Source of the DNA: Anaeromyxobacteraceae bacterium
Lineage (GTDB): Bacteria > Myxococcota > Myxococcia > Myxococcales > Anaeromyxobacteraceae
Direction: 5' to 3'
Assembly (NCBI GenBank): GCA_047602405.1
Contig: JASGHJ010000002.1
Location: 576,001 to 640,000 of the forward strand
Length of the DNA: 64,000 nucleotides
Positions 9,450 through 18,746 of this stretch are shown piece after piece. Numbering within the stretch: the first letter of the stretch is position 1; each line of letters starts with the position of its first letter. A program made the position numbers and the translations under genes. Under the pieces are notes generated by a model. That model made no database searches. It worked only from the letters and a program-made list of their open reading frames with translations, and was not told the origin of the DNA.

Positions 9450-9590
9450 GTGATCCGGATCTCCTGGGGGCTCGCGCTCCTCGCCGCCGTCGTCATCGCG
9501 CTCGTCGCGCGCAGCCCGCGCCTCCTCGTGCCGATGGGCATCGTCTTCCTCGTCTGGTACTTCGTCGAGACCTCGCGGCGCCGGAAGTAG
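9450..9590 (+). CDS. Small (46 aa) two-TM membrane protein, not in ORF track
   Basis: MIRISWGLALLAAVVIALVARSPRLLVPMGIVFLVWYFVETSRRRK*; TAGAGT 6 nt before the GTG; GC3 bias. Confidence 0.65.
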   Translation: MIRISWGLALLAAVVIALVARSPRLLVPMGIVFLVWYFVETSRRRK

Positions 9591-10426
9591 CGCCCTCGGA
9601 CGGCGGCGGCCTCGCCCGGCTGGCGGAGGCACGGCCAGTCCAGCTCGCCGCGCGGGTGGGCTTCCTCGCGAAGACCGTCCTCTACGGCCTCGTGGCGGAG
9701 GCGGCCGTGCGCGCGGCCCACCGGAGCCCACAGGCCGCCACCGACCCGAAGGGCGCGCTCTTCTCGCTCGCGCGCAGCGAGCACGGCGACCTCGCGGCCG
9801 GCATCGTCGCCGCGGCGATCGGCGCGCTCGGCCTCTGGTTCGTGCTCGAGGCCGTCGTGAACCCGTTCCGCACGCCGGGCACGGCGCTCGGCGTCGTGTC
9901 GCGCGCGGGCCAGGCGCTCGGCGGGCTCGGCTACGTGGCGCTGGCGCTCGCGGGGTTCCACTTCGCCTCCGGCGGCGGGGAGGGCCCGAGCGGCGACGCG
10001 CTCGCCCGCGCCTTCGTGGCCCGCGGGCTCGCCCACCCGGAGGGAGACCTCGGGGTGGCGGCCGTCGGCGTGGCGGCGGCCGTGGTCGGCGTCCGGCAGA
10101 TGCTGATGGGCCTCTCCGGCACGTGCCTCGAGGCGCTCGAGCTCTCCGGCCGCCCCGTCGCGTTCCGCGGCCTGGCGCGGGCCCTCGCCGCGGCCGGCTT
10201 CGGCACGCAGGGCGCGCTCTTCACGCTCGTGGGCGCGCGCTTCACGCAGGCGGCCTGGTACCACCGGCCGGCGGCCGCCGCGGGCACGGCGGGCGCGCTG
10301 GAGCTCGTCGCCCGCACGGTCCTCGAGCCCCGGGTCCTCCTCGTGGCGGCCGCGGGGCTCACCGCCTACGCGCTCTACGCGGGCGTCGAGGGGGCGTGCC
10401 GGCGCTTTCCCCCGTGCGCAACCTGA
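9590..10426 (+). CDS. DUF1206-like multi-pass membrane protein (start codon uncertain)
   Basis: Repeated ARVGFLAKTVLY / AAGFGTQGALF units and hydrophobic helices at the 3' end of ORF 6665..10426; no clear ATG. Confidence 0.65.
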   Translation, partial: APSDGGGLARLAEARPVQLAARVGFLAKTVLYGLVAEAAVRAAHRSPQAATDPKGALFSLARSEHGDLAAGIVAAAIGALGLWFVLEAVVNPFRTPGTALGVVSRAGQALGGLGYVALALAGFHFASGGGEGPSGDALARAFVARGLAHPEGDLGVAAVGVAAAVVGVRQMLMGLSGTCLEALELSGRPVAFRGLARALAAAGFGTQGALFTLVGARFTQAAWYHRPAAAAGTAGALELVARTVLEPRVLLVAAAGLTAYALYAGVEGACRRFPPCAT

Positions 10427-10451
10427 CGGGGTGCGGCTGCCGGGCGCGGGG

Positions 10452-11408
10452 ATGTCGTGGAGGGAGTTCCTCTCCGGGGTGAAGGGGGAGATCACCCGCG
10501 ACAACGTCACCGACATCGCGGCGACGGTCACCTACTACGGCGTGCTCGCGCTCTTCCCGTTCCTGCTCTTCCTCGTGGCGCTCGTCTCGGTCGTCATCAC
10601 GCCGCAGGATGCCGAGCAGCTCGTCCAGCAGCTCGCCCAGGTGGCGCCGCCGGCGGTGACCCAGATCGTCGGGGACCGGATCCGCGACCTCGGCGCCCAG
10701 CAGAACGTGACGCTCCTCGGCTTCGGCGCGCTCGGCGCCATCTGGGCGGCCTCCGGCGGCGTCATGGCGCTGATGCGGGCGCTCAACGTCGCCTACGACG
10801 TGAAGGAGGGCCGGCCCTGGTGGAAGGTCCGGCTCATCGCGCTCGGCATGACGGTGGGCGCCGGCGCGGTCGCGCTCGCGGCGGCGCTCGTCGCCATCGC
10901 CGCGGCGCCGATCGCCGACGCGGTCGGGGGCACGCTGGGCGCGGCGATCGGCTGGCTGCGCCTCCCGGTGGCGGGCGTCCTCATGATGCTCCTGTGGGCG
11001 GTCACCTACTACCTGCTCCCGGACGTGGAGCAGGACTTCAAGTTCATCACGCCCGGCTCGGTGATCGGCGTCGTGGTCTGGGTGGCCGCGAGCTGGGGCT
11101 TCTCGAAGTACGTGGTCCACTTCGGCTCGTACGACAAGACGTACGGCTCGCTCGCCGGGATCATCGTGCTGCTCCTCTGGATGTGGCTCTCGACCCTCGT
11201 GCTCCTCGTCGGCGCGGAGGTGAACGCGTTCATCGAGCACCGCTCCGAGGAGGGCAAGCGCGAGGGCGCGAAGTCGATGGCGGACACGGGCACCACCCCC
11301 GTGACCGGGAGGGACCGTGCGGCGGCCCCGAGACCACGCGCGGGCCTCCTCACCCTCGGCGCCTTCGTGGCCGGGATCCTGGTGGCGAGGCGGAAGGCGC
11401 CCGCCTAA
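10452..11408 (+). CDS. YihY/virulence factor BrkB family membrane protein
   Basis: AATVTYYGVLALFP, ALNVAYDV, YYLLPD, YDKTYGSLAGIIVLLLWMW, GAEVNA. Confidence 0.93.
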   Translation: MSWREFLSGVKGEITRDNVTDIAATVTYYGVLALFPFLLFLVALVSVVITPQDAEQLVQQLAQVAPPAVTQIVGDRIRDLGAQQNVTLLGFGALGAIWAASGGVMALMRALNVAYDVKEGRPWWKVRLIALGMTVGAGAVALAAALVAIAAAPIADAVGGTLGAAIGWLRLPVAGVLMMLLWAVTYYLLPDVEQDFKFITPGSVIGVVVWVAASWGFSKYVVHFGSYDKTYGSLAGIIVLLLWMWLSTLVLLVGAEVNAFIEHRSEEGKREGAKSMADTGTTPVTGRDRAAAPRPRAGLLTLGAFVAGILVARRKAPA

Positions 11409-11418
11409 GCTCCGCGGC

Positions 11419-12399
11419 ATGCGGAAGAAGCCCCGCCTCGGCATCTCGTCCTGCCTGCTCGGCAACAACGTCCGGTACGACAGCGGCCACAAGAAGGACG
11501 ACTTCCTCGTCGAGACGCTCGGCGACTTCGTGGAGTGGGTGCCGGTGTGCCCCGAGGTCGAGGTGGGCATGGGCGTCCCCCGCGAACCGATCAGGCTCGT
11601 CGGCGACCCCGCGGCCCCGCGGCTCGTCGCCGACCGGAGCGGCAAGGACCACACCGAGGCGATGCGCGCCTGGGCCGAGGAGCGCCTCGAGAAGCTCGCC
11701 GCGCTCGACCTCGTCGGCTACGTGACGAAGAAGGACTCGCCGTCCTGTGGCCTCGCGCGGGTGCGGGTCTGGTCCGGCAAGAAGGCTCCCGCTCCCGGAG
11801 CGGGCTCCGGTCCTCCGCGCCGCGAGGGCGTCGGCGCCTTCGTGGCGGTGCTCCAGGAGAAGCTGCCGCTCCTGCCGATCGAGGAGGAGGGCCGGCTCCA
11901 CGACCCGTGGCTCCGCGAGAGCTTCGTCGAGCGCATCTTCGCGTACCACCGGTTCAAGGAGGCCCGCGAGGCCGGCATGGACCGCGGCGGGCTCGTCGCC
12001 TTCCACACGCGGCACAAGCTCGCGCTCCTCGCCCACAGCCCCGACGCGTACCGGAAGCTCGGCCGCCTCGTCGCGGGCCTCGCGAAGGGCCAGAAGCTCG
12101 ACCCCGTGCTCGACGCCTACGGCGCGGGCTTCCTCACCGGGCTCGCCGTGCGCGCGTCGCGCGGCAAGCACGTGAACGTGCTCCAGCACATGGCGGGCTA
12201 CTTCAAGGACGTGCTCCCGCCCGCGGAGCGCAAGGAGCTCGAGGGCCTGGTCGCCGACTACGGTCGCGGCCTCGTGCCGCTCGTCGTGCCGCAGACGCTG
12301 CTCCGCCACCACGTGCGCAAGCACGGCGTGGCCTACCTCGCCGACCAGACCTACCTCGACCCGGATCCGAAGGAGCTCATGATCCGGAACCACGTCTGA
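11419..12399 (+). CDS. ybgA: DUF523/DUF1722 (YbgA-like) protein
   Basis: GISSCLLG..VRYD.GHK, VCPEVE.GMG.PR, KKDSPSCG, FH..HKL.LLAHS, NVLQHM.GYFK. Confidence 0.9.
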   Translation: MRKKPRLGISSCLLGNNVRYDSGHKKDDFLVETLGDFVEWVPVCPEVEVGMGVPREPIRLVGDPAAPRLVADRSGKDHTEAMRAWAEERLEKLAALDLVGYVTKKDSPSCGLARVRVWSGKKAPAPGAGSGPPRREGVGAFVAVLQEKLPLLPIEEEGRLHDPWLRESFVERIFAYHRFKEAREAGMDRGGLVAFHTRHKLALLAHSPDAYRKLGRLVAGLAKGQKLDPVLDAYGAGFLTGLAVRASRGKHVNVLQHMAGYFKDVLPPAERKELEGLVADYGRGLVPLVVPQTLLRHHVRKHGVAYLADQTYLDPDPKELMIRNHV

Positions 12400-12406
12400 G
12401 CCCCGC

Positions 12407-13894
12407 GTGACGGTCCCCGCCCAGCGCATCCGCGCGCTCAACGCGGCGCCGGTCCGGCGCGACGGCGCCTACGTCCTCCACTGGATGACCTCCGCGCGCC
12501 GCGCGCGCTTCAACCCCGCGCTCGAGCGCGCCGCGGAGCTCGCGCGCGGGCTCGACCGGCCGCTCGTCGTGCTCGAGGCGCTCCGCATCGGCTACCCGCA
12601 CGCCTCCGACCGGCTCCACGCCTTCGTGCTGCAGGGCATGGCCGACAACGCGCGGCGGCTCGAGGGGAAGGCGACCTACCACCCCTACGTCGAGCGCGCG
12701 GCGGGGGAGGGGAAGGGGCTCCTCGAGGCGCTCTCCGCGAAGGCGTGCGTCGTGGTGGGCGACGACTTCCCGACCTTCTTCCTGCCCCGCATGCTGGAAG
12801 CCGCCGGGAGGCGGCTCGGCGAGCTCGGCGTGCGTCTCGAGGCGGTCGACGCCTCCTGCATCGTCCCGTTCCGGCTCGCCGGGAAGGACTTCCCGACCGC
12901 GTACGCCTACCGGCGCTTCCTCCAGAAGCACCTCGTCGAGTGGCTGGAGAAGCTGCCCGTCGAGAACCCGCTCCGGAGGCTCCCCGCGCCCGTCGCGCTC
13001 CCGCGCGAGGTGCTCCGGCGCTGGCCCGCGGCGACGCTCGAGGCGCTCGACCGGCCCGGGCCGCTCGTGTCGGGCCTCGCGATCGACCACGCGGTCGCCG
13101 CCGTGGAGGAGCGCGGCGGCGCGGCCGCGGCGGAGGCGCGGCTGCGCGGCTGGCTCGAGGGCGGCCTGCCGCGCTACGAGACCGACCGGAACGAGCCGGA
13201 CGCGGAGGGCGTGACGAGCGGCCTCTCGCCGTACCTGCACTTCGGGCACCTCGGGAGCTTCGAGGTGGTCTCGACGCTGCTCCGGCGCGAGAAGTGGATC
13301 CCGCCCGAGCACGGCAGGGCCGACGGCGCGCGCGCCGGCTGGTGGGGCCTCCCGGCGCACGTCGAGGGCTTCCTCGATCAGCTCGTGACCTGGCGCGAGC
13401 TCGGGCACGTCACCTCGGCGCACCGTCCCGACCACCAGGCGTACGGCTCGCTCCCGGAGTGGGCGCAGGCGACGCTCGCGAAGCACGCCCGCGACGAGCG
13501 GGAGCACGTGTACGACCTCGCGGCGCTCGAGGGGGCGCGCACCGCCGATCCCCTCTGGAACGCGGCCCAGCGCCAGCTCGTGCGCGAGGGACGGATGCAC
13601 AACTACCTGCGCATGCTCTGGGGGAAGAAGATCCTCGAGTGGTCGCGCTCGCCGGAGGAGGCGCTCCGGGCGATGGTCCGGCTCAACGACCGCTGGGCGC
13701 TCGACGGCCGGGATCCGAACTCATACTCCGGGATCTTCTGGTGCCTGGGGCGCTACGATCGGCCGTGGGGCCCGGAGCGCCCGGTGTTCGGGACCATCCG
13801 CTACATGTCCTCGCAGAACACCGCGCGGAAGGTCGGCGTGAAGCGGTACCTCGCGCGCTTCGGCGAGGGCGGAGCACAGGGGCGGCTGCTGTAG
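12407..13894 (+). CDS. phrB: Deoxyribodipyrimidine photolyase (class II CPD type)
   Basis: SGLSPYLHFG, RMHNYLRMLWGKKILEW, LDGRDPNSYSGIFW, RPW.PERPVFGTIRYM. Confidence 0.92.
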   Translation: MTVPAQRIRALNAAPVRRDGAYVLHWMTSARRARFNPALERAAELARGLDRPLVVLEALRIGYPHASDRLHAFVLQGMADNARRLEGKATYHPYVERAAGEGKGLLEALSAKACVVVGDDFPTFFLPRMLEAAGRRLGELGVRLEAVDASCIVPFRLAGKDFPTAYAYRRFLQKHLVEWLEKLPVENPLRRLPAPVALPREVLRRWPAATLEALDRPGPLVSGLAIDHAVAAVEERGGAAAAEARLRGWLEGGLPRYETDRNEPDAEGVTSGLSPYLHFGHLGSFEVVSTLLRREKWIPPEHGRADGARAGWWGLPAHVEGFLDQLVTWRELGHVTSAHRPDHQAYGSLPEWAQATLAKHARDEREHVYDLAALEGARTADPLWNAAQRQLVREGRMHNYLRMLWGKKILEWSRSPEEALRAMVRLNDRWALDGRDPNSYSGIFWCLGRYDRPWGPERPVFGTIRYMSSQNTARKVGVKRYLARFGEGGAQGRLL

Positions 13895-14007
13895 GCGGGC
13901 GCGCGCCGCCGCGAAGGAGTGGGTCGGTGGAGCCCCGGAACTCCGCCTGCCCGACGAGGTTCGTGGGATGGTCTTCACAGCGCGTGAGCCCGTAACATCC
14001 GCGGTCC

Positions 14008-14487
14008 ATGCGCTCCCCGAGTCCGCTCCTCCTCGCCGCCGCCCTCCTCTCCTTCTCGAGCGCCCGGGCCGACGAGCCCGCCCGCGTCGTGAAGGCCGAC
14101 GCCGCGCACGATCAGCTCTCGCGCAAGGAGGGCGAGGGGTCAAAGCCGTTCTACCGCCTCTCCGCCGGTGCCGCGTTCGACCTCGACGTCTCATCGCTGC
14201 CCGTCGCGGTCCCGCGGGAGCTCGCGCAGGCCGGTGTGAAGGGCCCGAACTCGGTGCAGGTCGTGTTCTCCGGCGGCGCCGGCGACTTCTCGCTCGACTG
14301 GCGGCCGGGCACCTCGCGCCTGCGCGTCTCCGGCGAGTCCCTGAAGACGAACCCCGGCTCGCCCCGCTTCGAAACCTTCAGGTCCGGCCAGAGCGTCGTC
14401 GTGGCCATCGGCCATCTCGCGCCGAGGACCGGCAGCCAGGGGCCCGTGTTCACGCCGATGTGGGTCGGGATGATCCAGGTCGACTGA
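14008..14487 (+). CDS. Secreted hypothetical protein
   Basis: Signal peptide (LLLAAALLSFSSARA), beta-rich body, GC3 bias. Confidence 0.7.
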   Translation: MRSPSPLLLAAALLSFSSARADEPARVVKADAAHDQLSRKEGEGSKPFYRLSAGAAFDLDVSSLPVAVPRELAQAGVKGPNSVQVVFSGGAGDFSLDWRPGTSRLRVSGESLKTNPGSPRFETFRSGQSVVVAIGHLAPRTGSQGPVFTPMWVGMIQVD

Positions 14488-14616
14488 GCGGGACCTCGTC
14501 CGCGTCGGCCGGCAGCGTCGTCTCGGTGCGGGCTTCGCCCCGCCGCCGACGTGATCGATCCTCTCGCGCCCCTCCGGGGCGTGCGCAGGGTGCGGCCCGG
14601 CGCCATGTTGCACGAC

Positions 14617-15588
14617 ATGGCCGACGGCGCGGTGCTCGTGACCGGTGCGACGGGGTTCGTGGGCTCGGCCCTCGTGCCCGCGCTCCTGGCGAGAGGCCGC
14701 CGCGTGCGCGCGACGACGCGCGCGCTCCGGCCCGGGCTCGACCCGCGCCTGGAGTGGGTGGAGGCCGATCTCGCGCGCCCTGAGGGGCTCGCCCGGGCGC
14801 TCGGCGGCGTGGAGGCCGCGTTCTTCCTCGTGCACGGCATGGCGAGCGGCCGGCCGGACTACGCCCGCGAGGAGCGGCAGACCGCGCTCGCCTTCGCGCG
14901 CGAGGCGGGCAGGGCCGGCGTCCGGCGCGTCGTCTACCTCGGCGGCGTCGAGCCCGAGGGGGCGCCGTCGCGCCACCTCGCGAGCCGCCTGGAGGTCGGC
15001 GAGGCGCTGCGGGCCGGCCCGGTGCCCACGCTCGAGCTCCGGGCCGCGATGATCGTCGGCGCGCGGAGCGCGTCCTGGCGCATCGTGCGCGACCTCGCGC
15101 TGCGCCTGCCCGCGATGGTGCTGCCCGCGTGGTCGCGGACGCGCTCCTGCCCGATCGCCGTCGACGACGTCGTCGCCGCGCTCGGCGCGGCGCTCGAGGT
15201 GCCGGCGGCCGGGAGCGAGGTCTTCGACGTCCCGGGCCCGGAGACGCTCTCGGTCGCCGAGATCCTCGGCCGCGTGACCGCGCAGCGCGGCCGGGCCTTC
15301 CGCGCCGTCCGCGCGCCGCTCCCGGCGCCCGAGGTCTCCTCGCTGTGGCTGAAGCTCGTGTCCGACGCCGACTGGACCGTGGTCCGCGAGCTCGTGCTCG
15401 GCCTCGAGTCGGACCTGTTGCCGCGCGACGACCGCTACTGGAGCCTCGCCGGCCTTCCGCCACGCCTGTCCTTCGACGACGCGGCGCGCCGGGCCCTCGC
15501 CGACGACCCGCCGCCCTCCGGCCTGCGCGGCGCCGTCATGGCGCTCGAGGAGTCGCTCGTGGGGCTGCTGGGGGCGGCCAAACGTTGA
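14617..15588 (+). CDS. NAD(P)-dependent epimerase/atypical SDR (YbjT-like)
   Basis: VLVTGATGFVG Rossmann motif, FLVHGM, YLGG, SRHLASRLEV, PIAVDDV. Confidence 0.9.
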   Translation: MADGAVLVTGATGFVGSALVPALLARGRRVRATTRALRPGLDPRLEWVEADLARPEGLARALGGVEAAFFLVHGMASGRPDYAREERQTALAFAREAGRAGVRRVVYLGGVEPEGAPSRHLASRLEVGEALRAGPVPTLELRAAMIVGARSASWRIVRDLALRLPAMVLPAWSRTRSCPIAVDDVVAALGAALEVPAAGSEVFDVPGPETLSVAEILGRVTAQRGRAFRAVRAPLPAPEVSSLWLKLVSDADWTVVRELVLGLESDLLPRDDRYWSLAGLPPRLSFDDAARRALADDPPPSGLRGAVMALEESLVGLLGAAKR

Positions 15589-15601
15589 ACGGAGGCTCCC
15601 C

Positions 15602-15646
15602 CCGTTCGCCCCCCGCAGGGCCGCGAGCGGCCCGAAGACGAGGGGC
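15602..15646 (+). repeat. Single degenerate copy of the REP family seen at 34534-34710
   Basis: CCGTTCGCCCC..GCAG-GGCCGC-GA-GCGGCC-CGAAGACGAGGGGC between convergent genes. Confidence 0.75.
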
Positions 15647-15649
15647 GCA

Positions 15650-16501
15650 TCACGGCGCCCCCGGGAACCCCACGTAGGTCTGCCCGAGCCAGGTGAGCTT
15701 GCCGTCCGCGCCGAGGAGGTCGACGGGCCAGGCGGGATCGACCGGGTTCGAGCGTCCGATGAACCACGCGTAGCGGAACACGTCGGCGCGCCCCTCGAGC
15801 AGCGGCACCGCCTCGGCCATGTAGTCGGCCTGCCCCTTCGTCGAGCCCTTCCGCGAGGCCTCGTCGGCGCAGGAGAACTCGGTCAGCCACAGCGGCTTCC
15901 CGTACTTCGCGAACCGGTCGAGGTACCACGAGAGCGCGCCGCCGTAGCAGACGTAGGCGTGCACCGCGAGGTGGTCCACCCGGCAGCCACCGCGCGCGGC
16001 GCAGGCGGCGAAGAACGCGTCGAGCCAGGCGACGGGGTCCGTCTCCCAGCAGGCGCCGCCGCAGTAGTTCACGGCGGGCGCCACGAGCAGGAGGCCGCGG
16101 TCGTCCGCGATCTGCTCGAGGAGCGGCCAGAGGTCGGCCGCTTCCGTCGGGGAGAGGTTCGCCTGCGCGGTCTTGAAGTTGGGCTCGTTGAAGCCGAGGA
16201 GGTACTTCGCGCCGGGCGGGATGGCGGCCTCGATCCCCGGCACGTCGGCCGCGGTGATCTTCCCCCAGACCATGGGCACGAACTCCGCGCCGGCGGGCGC
16301 GGCGCCGGGGTGCGTCGACCAGTTGTAGTACCAGCCCACCTGCGGCCCGAGCGCGTCGGCGTCGGCCTGGCTCGTGAGGTCGTACGCGACGCCGCGCTTC
16401 GTGCCCGCGGCCGGCCGCTCGCCGCCGCCCGCGTCCTTCGAGGCGAGGCGGCAGGCGGGGAGGGTGAGGGCGGCCGTGAGCAGGGCGAGGCGGAGGAGCA
16501 C
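15650..16501 (-). CDS. Glycoside hydrolase family 128-like (beta-1,3-glucanase) lipoprotein
   Basis: Lipobox LPAC; KRGVAY, WYYNW, FVPMVWG, LLGFNEP (acid/base), WLTEF (nucleophile), RYAWF. Confidence 0.85.
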   Translation of the reverse strand: MLLRLALLTAALTLPACRLASKDAGGGERPAAGTKRGVAYDLTSQADADALGPQVGWYYNWSTHPGAAPAGAEFVPMVWGKITAADVPGIEAAIPPGAKYLLGFNEPNFKTAQANLSPTEAADLWPLLEQIADDRGLLLVAPAVNYCGGACWETDPVAWLDAFFAACAARGGCRVDHLAVHAYVCYGGALSWYLDRFAKYGKPLWLTEFSCADEASRKGSTKGQADYMAEAVPLLEGRADVFRYAWFIGRSNPVDPAWPVDLLGADGKLTWLGQTYVGFPGAP

Positions 16502-16595
16502 GACGCGAGGCTATCACCCGGGGCGCCCACGCAGGTCCCCGGGAACGGGTCCTCGTACGTGGCATGATGCCCCCTCACCCGAGGTGGAGGTCTCC

Positions 16596-17283
16596 ATGCC
16601 GGTCGCCGTGCCCCGACCGTCCGGACTGTCCGAGCCCGGCGCCGTTCCCGTCCTCGTCGTGGGCTGCCTCGCCGTGGGCCTCGCGGCGGGTGCGCTGCTC
16701 GGCGTCGTCTCGCAGTGGTTCAGCCTCCTCGTCCTGTTCCCCGCGTTGCTCGGCTTCGCCGTCGGGGTCTTCGCCACCTGGCGGATCACGGAGGGCCGGA
16801 TCCGCGCGCCGGTGCTCGCGGGGACCGTCGCGCTCTGCGGGGCGCTCGCCGCCCAGGCGACGGTGCACGTGGTGGACTACGAGGCCTTCCGGCGACGCGG
16901 CGCGGCGGCCATCCGCGGCGACTCGCCCGGCGCCGACGTGGACGCCGAGATCGACGCGTTCCTCGCGGCCCAGACCGGCCAGACGGGGCTCCCTGGGTTC
17001 ATCGCCTTTCGCGCGAAGCAGGGCGTCGGCATCTCGCGGGGCGGCAAGACCACGAACTTCACCGGCTGGGGCGCCTACGGACTCTGGATGGTCGAGCTCC
17101 TCGTGGCGGGGATCACGGCCGCGTGGCTCGCGTTCGACCGGGCGCGCCAGCCGTTCTGCGAGCTTCTCGGTGACCCGCCCCGGGAAGTCGAAGGAGTCGA
17201 CGAAGACGCGGCACCGCACCGGGCTGCGCATCGAGGAGGCCCGAGAGCTGCGAGCCTCGGCCCTCGCCACGCCCGAGAGGTGA
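16596..17283 (+). pseudogene. Multi-TM membrane protein apparently carrying an internal deletion/frame switch after ...RQPFCE
   Basis: Four hydrophobic segments, GGAGG RBS; after ~17162 the GC3-biased reading continues in another frame (SVTRPGKSKESTK...TPER*, stop 17283). Confidence 0.5.
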
Positions 17284-17534
17284 GCTGGTCGTGCACCTGG
17301 GCGCTGAAGGGTGAGGCCGACGGACGGATCCGGGCGTCGGCGACGATCTACGGGGTCGATGCGATCCAGGCCCTCGAGCTCGCGCTGCTGCATGCGGGGG
17401 CGCGCGTCGCCGCCGAGGTTCCGGGACTCCGGTGGGGTGACTCGTCGAACCTCGGCTTGCCCACGCACGACGAGCAGATGCTCCTGAGCGCCTTCCGCCG
17501 CCGGCGCAGGGAAGCCGAAGGCACGCAGGGGTAG
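17280..17534 (+). CDS. Small protein resembling DUF6968 family
   Basis: W.C.W.L.G...IYGVDAIQALELAL motif; GTGA overlap with the upstream stop; less biased codon usage. Confidence 0.5.
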   Translation: MSWSCTWALKGEADGRIRASATIYGVDAIQALELALLHAGARVAAEVPGLRWGDSSNLGLPTHDEQMLLSAFRRRRREAEGTQG

Positions 17535-17604
17535 ACGAGTTCTCGAGACCTGGCGGGCGGCGGTCTCCGCGCGGAGCCAGCCGCGCGCTCTGCGCGCCGA
17601 AGGC

Positions 17605-18276
17605 TCACCCCGGCGGCGCGATCGACGCGACGAGCAGGCTCCACGTCACGTGCGACACGAGCGCGGGCACGAGGCTGCCGCGCCAGGCCGCGAGCGCGCC
17701 CCAGGCGGCGTAGGTGGGCAGGGTCGCGAGCGCGAGGAACGGCTCGCCGGTGACGAGCGCGAGCACGACCGCGAGCCCCACCGCCGCGGTGAGGCCCCGG
17801 GCCGGGCCGAGGCGCCGCGCGAGCCAGGCCTGCACGACCCCGCGCCAGAACAGCTCCTCCGCGGGCGCGATGAGGAGGGCGATCGCGAGGGCGGCCGCGA
17901 ACGTTCGGGCCTCGAACCGGCGGAGCGTGCCCTCGAGCGGCCCGCAGAGCGCGTCGGAGAACCCGCCGCAGAAGCCCCACAGGAAGAGCCGGGTCCCGAG
18001 GTACAGGACCGCCCCGGCCGCGAGCCCGAGGGCCACGTCGGCGGCGCCGGGCCGCAGGCGCTCCAGGAGGCCGGCCGGCGCCGCCCGGGCCGACGCGGTC
18101 ATCCAGGCGAGGCAGAGCGGCGAGGCGAGGAGGAAGAACGACCGCGGGCTCGCGTCGATGAGGAGCGCGAACACGCCGGCGAGCACCACGGCGGCGGCGA
18201 CGGCGAGGCGCGGAAACGGGGCGAGGGGCGCGGGCACGGGCGCGACAGTGTAGAGGGGGAGCGCGGTGGGCGTCAC
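17605..18276 (-). CDS. CPBP (CAAX/Abi) family intramembrane metalloprotease
   Basis: AEELFWRG motif, C-terminal SHVTW, multiple TMs. Confidence 0.85.
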   Translation of the reverse strand: MTPTALPLYTVAPVPAPLAPFPRLAVAAAVVLAGVFALLIDASPRSFFLLASPLCLAWMTASARAAPAGLLERLRPGAADVALGLAAGAVLYLGTRLFLWGFCGGFSDALCGPLEGTLRRFEARTFAAALAIALLIAPAEELFWRGVVQAWLARRLGPARGLTAAVGLAVVLALVTGEPFLALATLPTYAAWGALAAWRGSLVPALVSHVTWSLLVASIAPPG

Positions 18277-18326
18277 GCGACGGGGTCGTTGCGGTCCACC
18301 CGGCGGCGTGAAACGCTCCCCGGGCC

Positions 18327-18746
18327 ATGGCGGATCCCGTCCGCGACCCCCTCCGTCTCCTCGCCGTCTTCCACGGCGTGCTCGCCGGGCTCACCGTGCT
18401 CGGCTCCGCCTTCCCGCTGCTCTACGTCGGGCTCGGCGCCTGGTTCCTGAGGGGCGGCCCCGGCGCCACCGGCCCGCACCCGCCGCCAGAGTTCGTGGGC
18501 TGGTTCATGGTCGCGTTCGGGCTCGCCTTCTTCGTGGCGGTGCTCGCGTTCGCCGTGATGCTCGGCCTCGCGGCGCGCTTCCTGTCGCGCGGGCGGCACT
18601 GGACCTACTGCCTCGTCGTCGCCGCGCTCTCCTGCGCCTTCTTCCCGTTCGGCACCGCCCTCGGGGTCTTCACGATCATCGTGCTCGCGAGGCCCGAGGT
18701 GAAGGCGGCGTTCGAGGGGCAGGCCGTCACAGCGTCCGCTCCATGA
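18327..18746 (+). CDS. Hypothetical membrane protein
   Basis: Hydrophobic; conserved-looking C..FPFGTALGVFTIIVL.RPEVKAAF tail. Confidence 0.75.
   Translation: MADPVRDPLRLLAVFHGVLAGLTVLGSAFPLLYVGLGAWFLRGGPGATGPHPPPEFVGWFMVAFGLAFFVAVLAFAVMLGLAARFLSRGRHWTYCLVVAALSCAFFPFGTALGVFTIIVLARPEVKAAFEGQAVTASAP

Noticed and set aside
6665..10426. 1253-aa ORF on the + strand
   Set aside because: Arg/Pro/Gly-rich shadow frame over real genes; only the last ~278 codons look coding (DUF1206-like)
17605..18276. Abortive-infection defence gene (CPBP family is also named Abi)
   Set aside because: The family name does not imply phage defence and there is no defence-island context
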